Below are positions 35,218 through 48,500 of a stretch of 64,000 nucleotides of DNA, piece by piece. Numbering within the stretch: the first letter of the stretch is position 1; every line of letters begins with the position of its first letter. Location of the stretch: NCBI GenBank assembly GCA_044892525.1, contig CM097885.1, forward strand, positions 1,488,001 through 1,552,000, in the 5' to 3' direction. The notes under the pieces were generated by a model. The model saw nothing but the letters and a program-made list of their open reading frames with translations. It made no database searches and was not told the DNA's origin. Made by a program: the position numbers and the translations under genes. This DNA comes from Schmidtea polychroa (Eukaryota).

Positions 35218-35636
35218 GATCCCATGATTTTTTAATTTAATTAATTAAGTATTTTATAAATATTTTATTTTAATTACTTGCGTTATTTAATTATTATTAT
35301 TTATTTATTATTATTATTATTTTTTTTTATTTTACATTACATTTAATATATTCTAACAAGAGCGTAAATTATAACATTAATATTTCAATTTGAATAAATT
35401 TTTAATTAGTAATTATTCAATTTGAATAAAATTTAAATTAGAAATTAATTAATTTATTATAAAATAAATAAACCGGATAGTAATTTTTTCGGAAAAAATA
35501 AATAAATAAAATAAACAAGAAAATAATAATTTTTTTTACTTGAAACTAATTATCTAAATTAATTGGACAAATGAATTAATAAATGATAAAACACATTTTA
35601 ATTAACTAAGTCAAATTATTCACTATATATATATAT

Positions 35637-38600
35637 TAGGGTGGGTCGAAAATTTTTTTTTCTCCAAACATGCCTAAAAAGTTGTGCTTATGCTAGAAAA
35701 TGAAATATCCCTGCAAAAGACTGCTGTTTAAAAGGGTTTACAGGTCCCAACTTTTGTTTGTATGTATTAGTACTATCCCAGTAAAAATGCTCGCACACGT
35801 GCCATTGTAAATTCATCCTGCAAGCAGTCACACGCTTGCAGAAAGACCATTTTTGACATGCTCTATTCACAAGTCCAAGCTAACGCGTGCATGTATAGAG
35901 AGGTTAATTCACGGAAGCACCTTCACACAAGCACTCACAAAGACAATTTCTTCTGAACAATACTAACACACACACTACAGTCAACACATAATCCACATGG
36001 ATACTACTAGTCAGTCTAAACTCAGATAATTTAATTTGTTTCGATTGGATGTCAAGTGTTTGCTGGACCTAATTAAAAAAGTTAACTTGATGATTCACTT
36101 TTATTTTGCCAGAGCTGAGTACAGAAGAGCAGTTATGAAGGGACAGAGAAATAAGCAATTTCGCAAAACAAGAAGTAAATCACGTCATTGTCTGTTTGGT
36201 CAAACTTGTGAACTACCCAGAAACCAATTACCTACTTGTGAAGATGTGTTTCGTGATTACTGTTACAATGAGAAATGTACGCAATTTCATACTGGCTTTA
36301 ACGAACAAGCAACTCTTCTCGCAAATAAGATGAAGGAAATTTATATGAAGGCAAGTATCCCAACTGTTGAGTTCAGTAGTATTGTGGTTCGTGTCAAGCG
36401 ACTAATATCAAAAGTGCGTGAATTAGAGAAGTATCCAGAATGCAAGAGGCCATCTGCCAAATTTCAAGATAAGTTAAGCTCGTTTTCCAAATTGTTTGAC
36501 ATATGTTGCTGCAAATGTTTTAATGATGGTGCTCGTGGAAGAAGTCAGTGTACATACCGATTGGCCTTGAAAATTCCTACCTTAGAGTGGGAGTTCTGGA
36601 TTGACCAACAAACTACCAGAAACATGAAAATCGGAAATACGGACAGACAGGAAACCTCAAAATTGAAGAGAAAACAAACGAAAAGCAGCCCTACAGGAAA
36701 AGGAAAACAAATGAAAAATGAAATAATGGACACTGAAGTTAACGATCTACATCCGACCTCAAGAAGTGACACGGAGAGTGAAGTCGCTAGTGATGAAAGT
36801 AAAGATAAGTTAGACAATTCAACAGAAAGCTCAGAGTCAAGCGTAGAAGAATGTGATGAATTTCAAAATAGAAGACATTATCCTGAATTAAGTAAAGCTG
36901 TTGACAGATGTGGTGTGAGCAACAGAGACACGTGTTTGCTAGTAAACGCTTTTCTGAAAGATATGGAACTGTTATCCTCTCAAACAATCATCGATCCCGC
37001 AAAATTACGGTGTCAGAGAAAGTACTGGAGGGAGAGAGAAATTGAACAGCATTCAGCAGAAGCGAAAAACTTGATTTGCCTTGGTTTCGACGGGAAACAA
37101 GATTCCACCTTACCTCATAGAAGGATCCTAAAAGAGGAGCATAATGTGATTGTCGCCTTTCCAGGGGATACATATATCGATCATGTTGTACCTCAAAGTA
37201 GTAAAGCTGTGGATATTGGCAAAGAAATCATGTCAATCATCGTTAGCACGCAGTCCTCACTGACCCTTCAAGCAATTGTGTGCGATGGAACCAATACAAA
37301 CACCGGAAAAAATAATGGAATAATCAGAAGACTTGAAAAAAGCCTAGGGCGACCTCTACAATGGCTGATATGCTTGTTGCATGCAAATGAATTGCCATTC
37401 AGGAAGTATTTTTCAGTCGTCGATGGTGGAGAAACAAAAGGTCCAAAAACGTCATGTGGTGAAATAGGAAGCGTTCTTGATTTTGATCCAAAAGACAAGC
37501 CCGTAGTAGCCTTTATGTCCCTTCCTGGAAAGGTCGTAGATATTAGTGAAAATGTCAAGAAAGAATTGAACACTGATCAATTGTATTTCCTCAGAGTATG
37601 CTTGGCAGTCCAGAAAGGGTACCACAACAACAAGGATGTCCCTTTTCTACAAATGGCACAACCAGGAAATTTGAATCACAGTCGCTGGCTAACGAAAGCT
37701 AATAGAATTCTGCGACTATATATGTCCGAAACTGCTCCATCTGAACCTCTCATGCGAATAGTGAAATTTATTGTCAATTTCTATGGACCGTCATGGTTTT
37801 ATATAAAGACTCACTCGTCATGCCAAGATGGTGCAAGAAATATTTTTTATATGCTCCAACTTCTGCAGGATTTGGATCCATCAGACCAAGAAATCATCTT
37901 TCCTGTCATTCAGAACAACAATTACTTCTCACATCCAGAAAATATACTCCTAGCTGCTGTTGGTGATGATGATGAAGAAATCAGAAAGTTTGCAACAGAA
38001 AAAATCATAACTGCAAGACAAAATTTTCTCCCTTCCGAAGTGATTCGCACTATGGACAAGAATACTGTCTTTCTTCAGTCGTCTGCTACATCATATGTTG
38101 ACATGATTGACTGGAAAAAATGTAGTTTGACGCCTCCCCCTCTTTTATCTCATATATTGGATCATGAATTGAAGATGAATAAGAAAATTACATTAGAACA
38201 ATTTCCCTGTCATTCTCAAGCCGTTGAAAGAGCCATCAAAGATGTTTCTTCTGCCAGTTGCAAAGTGTTTGGTCACAAGTCCAGACATGGTATGGTACTA
38301 CTGAGTAAAAAATCAAGGAGGGAATTGCCCAAGGTGCAAAGCAAAGCTGATTTCATGTGACTTCTTTTTATGCCCTCGCTAATACATTTCTAAACTTTTG
38401 GCTGGATGTTTTTAATAAAAAATAATTTCGAAAGTTGATTTTTGTCTTTGAAAAGGATAATTCAAATTTGGCCCTTCCTAATCACTGACGTTGTCAGGAT
38501 ATATTTCAATGCGGGATGAGGACACAGAATATACTATCTCAGCCCAAGAGAGTAAATAATATACTTATAAGCTCTTAAGAAAGCTACATCTAAATATGGA

Positions 38601-38804
38601 CAAAGGCGCAAAACACATTCCGACACTAGCCAAATTACATTGTTTTCACACTTATGTTGAACTGCATTTTCGGAGAAAAGTTGGGAGCAGTAAATGTCCA
38701 TAAATCTAAGTAAAATGGTTTGATTCGATTTTTCTATACCAAAATACAACTTTTTAACCATGTTTCCTTTCTTGAACTCAAAATTTATTAACATTCGACC
38801 CACC

Positions 38805-38807
<3 letters not shown>
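35637..38807 (+). mobile_element. Intact hAT-superfamily (hATm-like) DNA transposon, 3171 bp
   Basis: Perfect 14-bp TIRs TAGGGTGGGTCGAA / TTCGACCCACCCTA; 8-bp TSD ATATATAT on both sides; one uninterrupted transposase ORF. Confidence 0.93.
36135..38360 (+). CDS. hAT-type DDE transposase (741 aa from the first ATG)
   Basis: GFDGKQD, CDGTNTNTG..NGIIRRLE..LGRPLQWLICLLHANELPFR, HSRWLT, FPCHSQAVERAIK. Confidence 0.9.
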   Translation: MKGQRNKQFRKTRSKSRHCLFGQTCELPRNQLPTCEDVFRDYCYNEKCTQFHTGFNEQATLLANKMKEIYMKASIPTVEFSSIVVRVKRLISKVRELEKYPECKRPSAKFQDKLSSFSKLFDICCCKCFNDGARGRSQCTYRLALKIPTLEWEFWIDQQTTRNMKIGNTDRQETSKLKRKQTKSSPTGKGKQMKNEIMDTEVNDLHPTSRSDTESEVASDESKDKLDNSTESSESSVEECDEFQNRRHYPELSKAVDRCGVSNRDTCLLVNAFLKDMELLSSQTIIDPAKLRCQRKYWREREIEQHSAEAKNLICLGFDGKQDSTLPHRRILKEEHNVIVAFPGDTYIDHVVPQSSKAVDIGKEIMSIIVSTQSSLTLQAIVCDGTNTNTGKNNGIIRRLEKSLGRPLQWLICLLHANELPFRKYFSVVDGGETKGPKTSCGEIGSVLDFDPKDKPVVAFMSLPGKVVDISENVKKELNTDQLYFLRVCLAVQKGYHNNKDVPFLQMAQPGNLNHSRWLTKANRILRLYMSETAPSEPLMRIVKFIVNFYGPSWFYIKTHSSCQDGARNIFYMLQLLQDLDPSDQEIIFPVIQNNNYFSHPENILLAAVGDDDEEIRKFATEKIITARQNFLPSEVIRTMDKNTVFLQSSATSYVDMIDWKKCSLTPPPLLSHILDHELKMNKKITLEQFPCHSQAVERAIKDVSSASCKVFGHKSRHGMVLLSKKSRRELPKVQSKADFM

Positions 38808-38849
<42 letters not shown>

Positions 38850-38919
38850 ATGCATACAAATTACACATTTAATTGTTAAAGTACTTGTTTCGATTTGCAT
38901 TCATTTCTAGATGGACCAG

Positions 38920-39320
38920 TTGCAATATGCATTTGACGAATCTTATAGTGACTGTATGCATAGCTTTCATTACAATTAAACCAATACCTTTTATCGTCCA
39001 AACATTGGAGAGCGCGTTTTTCTGTCATGAAAGTATACTACTGATGATTGACACTTCTTATTCTCTTTTGTTAGATGCTCACCGTTCCACCATTAGTATA
39101 CAATTTTTTGTAAGCTTCATGTGTAAGATTAGAATTTTTAAGACTTATTCCTTTGGCTTTTAGAGTGTCTTTATCGCCTTGAAGTGAGTAGCACTTGGGT
39201 CGAAGAAACACCCATTCTTTATATTGTTTTCCTTTATTCTCATCCTTAACTATCCCGATTACAGAACAAATTTTATCTGAGAACAATGGATCGATCACTT
39301 GATAATTTGAAGTTTCTAAA
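38920..39320 (-). pseudogene. C-terminal piece of a protein-primed DNA polymerase B (Maverick/Polinton-type)
   Basis: KDENKG..EWVFLRPKCYSL..LKAKGI..EKRALQCLDDKRYW..YSHYKI. Confidence 0.85.
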
Positions 39321-39327
39321 TATGTTA

Positions 39328-39828
39328 TTACTGTTTAATTGTCCTTTGAAGATTGGTTCTTAGTATCGTCTTAGTAATCCTCCGCTTTTCTCGACGGAGC
39401 AACTCGTACACTTCAACGGCCACCTCATAATCTGACAGACAACTGAAACCTGTATCCTTAGCTGCGGTGATTTTCTTGACTGTTAATTTCTCAATATCTG
39501 CCTCATTTGCTAGTGTAGGACCACTTTGTTCAAATTGATTCTTAATACTCGTTACACACTTGTCAAAACTTTGATCTGAAAACATGTAATCTGACGAATC
39601 GGATCTAAAATCCTGCGGCAGCAATCCACCAAATAAATTTGATATTAGTTGGCCAAAAATACCATTAAAGTTATCAGGATCTCTTGGAGTCATAAAAAAG
39701 GAACCATCAGTTTCGTTTGTAGAATTTCCAACAGGAACATGACGAATAATATAAGAAACATTCAAGGCATCATCATTATTTTCCATTAAGTTATAACGCA
39801 TAATATCAAAAGTCATATATTTTCCCAA
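39328..39828 (-). pseudogene. RNF126/RNF115-like E3 ligase fragment, truncated within the RING
   Basis: SDYMFSDQSFDKCVTSIKNQFEQSGPTLANEADIEKLTV..SCLSDYEV..VYEL parallels RNF126 GDY.W....LD.IITQLLNQFENTGPPPA..E.I..LPTV..C..C..DY...V..LPC. Confidence 0.6.
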
Positions 39829-41267
39829 AAGGACAGGAATTTAAAAACCATTTGAAAACAACTCACAATTCGAAAACATCCATCCAAAACTCGATAGCAT
39901 CCAAACTCTGACCTCACTCAAAAAACTTAACCATAATAATACTCACAATAGTCCGCGTCTGTGTGCGCACACAATTTAAATCAACCAAGTAAAAAGCGCA
40001 CACAGACGCGAGAATCGAAATTAATCAATTACTGTGTTGGAATTTTATGAAATAGTTATTACTTTGTGGATTCATCACATTATTTTATACTTTGTTTCAA
40101 TATTTTCATAATCTTGTTACAATTTGTTTAAATATTTTATAACTTTGTAGCGATTTGATAAAATCATTTATTAATTTTTATCATTTGCTTAAATATTTTA
40201 CATCTGTTGAAATACTTCCGAAATATGTTATTACTTGATTGGAATATTTTTATAATGTTATAATTTGATTAAATATTTCAGAAATAATAATAATAATAAT
40301 AATAATAATATTGGAAATTATGAATATGTTGAAAAATGTTTAAAATAATCATGAAATTGGGGCGAAAATTATAAAAATATTTCTGAAATTATTATGAAAA
40401 TGTTAAATAAATCAACTTTAGCGTCAAAATGTGTTTATTAAATATATTTAAGTTTTAAATACCGCAATGTAATGTATTTATTTTCGTCCTACCCCTTCCT
40501 TGATTTTAATTGGTCAGAATCCAGTTATGTGTAATATATAAACACTAACTTTTCAATTGTTTGTCATTTAAACTTTTAATTTAACTGATTTAAGTGAATA
40601 ATTTATTCTTTATCTATTATTCATGATTATTTTCTTTAAGTGAACGGATGCAGTTTATATAAATTTTGTATAGCCGAAAGTCATGAAGATGTTGAGAACT
40701 GTAAATCAGTTACATCATCATTTTTCAAGATAAATGACTCTACTCTCTATCGGGTTACATGTGTCCAAAATGTGTCATTATAACACCAGGTAGGTGGTTA
40801 ATGTTTGTTCGACAACTTGGACACCATCTTAGAGGATTCGAAGAAACGAAGGGTAGTATGATCACTCAAAGTTATTTTCTTTATACTATTAACAATTATT
40901 ATTATTTTTTTTATAGTACAATCGAAAATGAATACATCACACGATTCTAAGCAGCTTAAAGAATATGTTACAAGTTATAAATAAATAATAATAATAATTA
41001 AATAGTGTAAGTAATAAAAATAAAATATTAATAAACTAATTAATTAATTAAATGTTTTAAAATAAAATCTAGCGATCAATGTTCTCAAATATAATAAAGA
41101 TCCAATTAAACAAAAAACTAATGATATTTTCAAGAATCCGTTCGTTGACTTGGAATATAGAAGTACTTCGACGGGATCTCAAATATATCTCTTTTTGATT
41201 GAAGAAGGTAATATTTCATTTAATCATTAAAAATATTAACTAAATTTTAGAATTAAAATATCATTTT

Positions 41268-43465
41268 TTGGCTGTAACCAATCTCGATCGACTGCTGATG
41301 TACAGAGGTAGAGTAGAAGATGTTAGAATCCAATCATATTGGTGCCATACGTGTTTTCATGGGTTTCAAAAACGTCCTGCTTTTGAAAGACATATAAAGC
41401 TTTGTAAGAAGAATGTGGAGCGGACTACTCTATACTCAATGCCAGAATATAAATATATCGAATTTAAAGACTGGAGTAAAACTATCAAACAGCAGTTTGT
41501 CGTCTACGCGGACTTGGAATCAATATTACCTTTTGATTACAAGCACTTTAAAAAACATGAGCCGATTGCATCTGCATTTGTGCTTCTTCATCAAGGTTAC
41601 CCGATTCGAAATGAAACATTTGTTGGGAAAAACTGTATCATTCAGTTCATACAAGCATTGGATGATATAGCTACAGACATAGTTTATCCGTGGTATAAAA
41701 TTAATGGATCAAAGGAAATTATGGAACTCACTTGGGAACAGCAGGAAGAATTCACGACTCAAACTCATTGCTACCTTTGTAAAAAGATTATCAATATACC
41801 TGTTCGAGATCATGATCATTTTACTGGTCAATATCTCGGAGCAGGATGTCAAGATTGTAATTTGGCTAGAAGAATCAATCCGTCTTTACCTGTTGTATTT
41901 CACAATCTTCGTGGATATGACATTCATCATATATTAAAATATGCAATTGGAAAATTCCCCGATTGTAATTTAATTGTTATTCCACAATCAACAGAAATCT
42001 TTCTCACACTTACAGCGACATCGAAAGGCAGAAGAATTAGATTCATTGATTCATTGCAATTTTTAAATAGCAGTTTGGCAAATTTATCAAAAAACTTGCC
42101 ATGTCTTCCACTTACCTCAAAGATTTTCAATTCGCATCTAATAACTGGTAAAGGCATATTTCCTTATGATATGGCTACATCAATGGATGTTTTACCAATT
42201 TGGGAGGGAGTTAGTCAAGAAGATTACATACATGCAAATCGAAACTGGCAACAATACAACTATGAGACACTGCTCGATTACATGCTCATATATCTCAAGT
42301 TGGATATTTTTCTATTAGCAGATATTTTCGAGGCTTTTTTTCAGGCTTTCGTTTGTTTCCATATCTGGATTAAGTTGGGCATCAGCTATGAAACAATTAG
42401 CTGAACCGATAGAACTTATTCAAGATCCAGAGCTTTACCGTTTATTTGAAACTGGTATTCGTGGTGGAATGACATTTATCAACAAACACCATGGTGAAGC
42501 TGATGAGTCAACACAAATGTCATACCTAGATTTTAATAATTTATATGAATGGGCTCTATCGCAAAAACGTCCTATTGGTGAATTTAGATGGCTAGAAGAT
42601 CAGACTGAAATGGATAGTATTATTAAAAGATGTATGAATGGCGATGAGTTTGATGGAGATGGTGGATATGTTTTGGAGATTGACATCGTCATTCCAGATA
42701 GTATACAAGATCAACTAGATGATTTACCTATAACTCCTGAGCTTTGTTATCCGCATGGTAGTAAAGTTGAAAAGTTGTTATTAACACACGAACCTAAGAA
42801 TAACTATGTAGTTAATAGTAGAGTTTTGAATGACTGGTTGAGTTACGGCTCAAAAGTCACAAATGTTAATCGCGCTGTAGAATTCAAGCAAGTAGCTATT
42901 TTCAAACGATATATTTATTAGAATACTCAAATGAGAGCAGCTAATACAGATTTATTTCAGCGAGATTATTATAAGTTAAAGAACAACAGTTTATACGGTA
43001 AAACCGTGGAAAACCTTAAGAAACGTATAAACTTGAGATTATGTAACAAAAGCAAAAGATTGATAACTTATTTTAGTAATCCTATGTTTCGTCGAAGCAT
43101 CCAGATTGCAGATGATCTCATTGATGTTATACTCGATAAGGAAATTGTGTGTTTAAGTAGACCTATGTATATTGGACAAAGCGTACTTGATTTATCTAAG
43201 TTAAGGATGTACCAGTTTCAATATAAAGAACGACAGAGTTATAGAGAAGAATTCAATGGTCAAATTAATATCGTAGCCGGTGACAGATTCCTTCTTTTTA
43301 GAGTGTAAAAATGTTGATTTACGATTAGAACTGTATCCAAAAATGATTTCCGATGGGCTGCTAGATACTTCAAATTATCCAGTGATCGATCCGTTGTTCT
43401 CAGATAAAATTTGTTCTGTAATCGGGAAAGTCAAGGATGAGAATAAAGGAAAACAATATAAAGAA
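41268..43465 (+). pseudogene. Protein-primed DNA polymerase B (Maverick/Polinton/adintovirus-type), frameshifted
   Basis: CHTC..HIKLC, VYADLESIL, VRDHDHFTG..CQDCNL, VFHNLRGYD, RFIDSLQF, KGIFPY, YLKLD..LLADIFE, GIRGG, YLDFNNLY, YKLKNNSLYGKT..N..KR, P.YIGQSVLDLSK. Confidence 0.92.
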
Positions 43466-44072
43466 TATAAATTATTTAAAATTATTTTATAATAAATTTA
43501 ATAATTTCTAATTTAAATTTTATTCAAATTGAATAATTACTAATTAAAAATTTATTCAAATTGAAATATTAACGTTATAATTTACGCTCTTGTTAGAATA
43601 TATTAAATGTAAATGTAAAATAAAAAAAAATAATAATAATAAATAAATATTAATAATTAAATAACGTAAGTAATTAAAATAAAATATTTATAAAATACTT
43701 AATTAATTAAATTTTAAAAAAATAAATAGATAAATAAAATAAATAATTTAATAAATAGAAGTAATAAAATAAAATTTAAATTAAAAAAAATAATAAATAA
43801 ATAAATAATAATAATAATTAAATAGTGTAAGTAATAAAAATAAAATATTAATAAACTAATTAATTAATTAAATGTTTTAAAATAAAAATTAACTTAAATA
43901 AGTAATTAAAATAAAAACATAATAAAATAATTAATTAATAAAATTTAAAAAAAATTAAAAAATAATAATAATAAATAGAAGTAATTTAATAAAATTTTTA
44001 TTTAAAAAAAAATAAATGATTCAATTGGTCCATATTTGATCTTGACATTTCATGACCTTGAAAGTGGGTTAA
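43466..44072 (-). repeat. AT-rich dispersed element, inverted copy with a TTAA-CCC end
   Basis: Reverse complement of 22228-22790. Confidence 0.75.
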
Positions 44073-45559
44073 AGCTCTTTTTCTTTGATGTTCTTCCAAA
44101 AGTTGTTGCAATCATTTTGTATGTTCCGTTTCTGAATTGGTAGATATGCTTTTATCTACTTATTATGCAGCTCGATGAAGAGTTTCCCACGATCCAATAA
44201 TCATAATCATTATTCATTATTATATTGATATTACCTTTTATTCACTATTCTTTTCTTAAAATCTCATAATAAGACTTAAGATTCAATGCAATCCAAAGTT
44301 TCGAAATATTATTGAGAATCTTTAAAAGGAATTATATAGTTATATAAAATATATATTATTAGGATTTTAATACAAGAAGAGCAAAGAAAAAATATTCATT
44401 AATTTCTAATAAGTCACTTAACAAATTTCAGACCGCCTCCCCCTGTAACAAATAGTAACACTTTCTAGACTTCCTTCCCCTAAATCTCTGTGATCTACTT
44501 AAATATTTTCGTGTCTACTTAAAAATGTTAGGCAATTTTCTTAACTTAATATTTTATTTCCTCAGCAGGAAGGGACTGTGCCATCGGGAAAAATCCCATC
44601 TAATTGAAAGGCATCGCTCAACTCCCCAATATCTCCCATCAAACGAGAGCTAATAAAATTTCATTACATTACAAAGATTTGCCACAGGAATTCTATCAAA
44701 ATCATGAACTGTCCATCAGCGTTTAACTAACTTAAATTTCAGGAACATTTAAATTTATTTTCTTAAATCAATAGATAATGATCAAAATCACTTGAAAATG
44801 TGCCGAAAATTATTGACTATCAAAAAACATAGATAATTTTAGCAAGGGCGACTCAAGAATTTTTGTCCGAGCCTAGCGCCTTAGGCGAATTTTATGAAGC
44901 ACCTACGTTAAAGAATGCCAACTGAAACATTAGGTTTTAATAATTTAAATTTCTTAATTCAACGAGTAGGTATTTCATAATTAATTTTTTATTGAGTGAT
45001 ATAAAAAATTTGTTCATTTCAAAATATAATAATATGTGCAGTTTCAAAATACATAAATAATAGTACAAAATAATATCGGAGTGACAATTGTTAAAGATAT
45101 CATAATAAATAATTCTTTTTATATATTCGAGAAATAATTTAGAAAAATATTTTTGCGCGCATGGCGGCCACCTAATTCGCCTATATGGTAGAGCAGTCCC
45201 TGATCTTTACTGATTCCTAGTCAAGCTTTTTCATAAATATAATGTCAATTAAAAAGAAAATTCTATTGAGAAAGCGAAAGAATTAATTATAATATAATTA
45301 TTATACAATATTAATAAATAATGAAATACCTAAATAATGACTAGTATCATAAATAAATAAAATAACTTGGGGGGAAACCGATAAAGGGATTAGGATAGCA
45401 CCCTGGAACCTGGAGAAAAGAACGGAAGAAAAAATAATTGAGAATGAGAGAGTAGGATCAAATAATAGAAATCAGACAGCAAAGCAGGAGAAAGGTTAAA
45501 TTATTAAATTCAAGAAAGCAAAAAAGAATGAGAGATTTGATTGGCAACGTTTAAATATT

Positions 45560-48500
45560 ACCACCAACCAAATGATCCAACATTACAAATTCATTGACCT
45601 TAAAGTAATAAGTTATATTATCACCAAAAAATTGCAAATATTTTAAAAAAGTTTATTTAGTAAACAGAGGAAAGCTTTCAGTCTGATTTGAGGTTGAGCA
45701 GCTGAATCTTGTTGTTAATTGCTAAATAAATCTAAAATGCAATAAATATATCCCAATTGAATAAAATGGTCTCACCTTTTGATGGATAATTTTTGACACT
45801 GCAGTTATTTCATCTTCCGCTCCAAATTTCTTAACCATCTTTACGGAACCCTTTCGGTTTTTCTAATTCCAATATTGAAATAATAAATACATTTAATGAA
45901 TTAATCTCACCTTGAATATTGTCACAGTGTTTTCTATGTCGACTGTCACAAAGGAAGGCGAATAATAATACAAACTTTTCAGAGGAACCGCAATTCGTAT
46001 TTCACGCTTAATGCTGTAGTTCTAAGTGTAAAATATTTATTATTCATATATAATAGTTAGTAAGGTGATGGCGATCTCATTAGCATCGAGGGTCTTTGAA
46101 TATGCCATCATTCTTTTGGTGATCATCCTTTTATACATTTCACCACAATATGCTAGATAAATGGCATCATATCATCATTTCAAGATCATGATCATAAAAC
46201 CCCTTTGACAACATAAAATAAAATGTACCTCCCAATTAATCCAGTAAATTGATGATGGAGAAGTTGCTAAAAACAGCCTACAAGATGTATCACTATAAAT
46301 CTGTTGACATCCTTCCAAGGATTTGATTTCCTTAACTTTTTTATAATTAGTTGATTGATAGACCTTGGATTTCTGCATGGGAAATATTCAAATAAAAAAA
46401 GAAAAAACAATTTACCGATGAAAGTGCAACCGATTGATTGTTAAGTGAGATTATTGATTTCAATTGGAAGTTCCAAGTGAAAACCTTCACAAAAGGGCTT
46501 TCAAGGAATTTATAAATCCAGATATCGCCGTTTCGTAGAGCTATTTCAAACTTTTTCATATTCTTATGGATATTTATGATTGTCTGAGGTTTAAAGCTTT
46601 TCAATATTTTCGGGCGTGTTTTATTCTAAATCAGTCATAAATTGTATTTCTTTCTGAATTGGGCTTCCTTACTTGTGGTCTAGCAGTGAGAATGATTTCG
46701 TATGATGTACATATCAAGATCTTCTCTTTGATTGGATAAAAATCTAAGATATCTTCTGTTGTCCCTGATGGTATTGCTTCCTTATTGTTCTGTAAAGGTT
46801 TCAGATTAAGGCCGTATATTTTATGATTAATAATAATAATTATTATTACAGATGAAATATTTCGTTAACAGGAAATATATCAAAGGCTTTATCAATTAAA
46901 AAATATAAAAGAAAACTTTCATATTTTTGATTTCACCTTTTTAATTCAATGATTTTGTTGAGGTTCTCAGAATCTCAACCTAATGGCTCCTTTATTAATA
47001 AGACCACAAACACTGGTTCAAAAATCACCTTTTATAAAAATTCCATTATTGTTAATTATATTTTTAACCCTTAAACCACTGAAATAGAATTACGAGGAAC
47101 CGAAGTTCTCAACGAAACTGACCGTTACAAGCAAACTATGTGTTTGATCGTGTTGAAACCTACAAGTTATGGTCGGGAGTTTTACAGACGAAAAACGGTA
47201 TTACTGGTTGGAACGCGAAAATATTTTGATTTGAATCAAATGGGGTTTTTATGATGACCGTCTGTAGACGGTTTTAGGGTTAAAGGGTTAAGTATTATAA
47301 AAATTCTGTTAATTATATTCCATTATTGTCATAATTATTAGAAACATGTTTTATTTTAATTATTCTAATAAAATAATGCATTATTTGCAAGTGATTACAA
47401 TTTATAACCTGCCTTCTCCATCATAATTTCTTTAAAAACTTGTCTTATTTTCCCTTAATTAATTACCAGCTGATTTTTCCACAAAAAATTAATTAATATT
47501 TCCGTTGTTAAATTTATATGTTAATAAATATGGGAGTCACATTCACAAATATACAATATTTACACCACAAAATATATATGGGAGTCACATTCACAAATAT
47601 ATATGGGAGTCACATTCACAAATATACAATATTTACACCACAAAATATATATGGGAGTCACATTCACAAATATATATGGGAGTCACATTCACAAATATAC
47701 AATATTTACACCACAAATATATATGGGAGTCACATTCACAAATATATATGGGAGTCACATTCACAAATATACAATATTTACACCACAAATATATATGGGA
47801 GTCACATTCACAAATATACAATATTTACACCACAAATATATATGGGAGTCACATTCACAAATATATATGGGAGTCACATTCACAAATATATATGGGAGTC
47901 ACATTCACAAATATATATGGGAGTCACATTCACAAATATATATGGGAGTCACATTCACAAATATATATGGGAGTCACATTCACAAATATACAATATTTAC
48001 ACCACAAAATATATATGGGAGTCACATTCACAAATATATATGGGAGTCACATTCACAAATATATATGGGAGTCACATTCACAAATATACAATATTTACAC
48101 CACAAAATATATATGGGAGTCACATTCACAAATATACAATATTTACACCACAAAATATATATGGGAGTCACATTCACAAATATATATGGGAGTCACATTC
48201 ACAAATATATATGGGAGTCACATTCACAAATATATATGGGAGTCACATTCACAAATATACAATATTTACACCACAAAATATATATGGGAGTCACATTCAC
48301 AAATATATATGGGAGTCACATTCACAAATATATATGGGAGTCACATTCACAAATATATATGGGAGTCACATTCACAAATATACAATATTTACACCACAAA
48401 ATAAATATGGGAGTCACATTCACAAATATACAATATTTACACCACAAAATATATATGGGAGTCACATTCACAAATATATATGGGAGTCACATTCACAAAT

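Noticed and set aside
41268-43492. Complete Maverick/Polinton or endogenous virus
   Set aside because: Only broken polymerase B pieces are present; no TIRs, integrase, packaging ATPase, protease or capsid ORFs.
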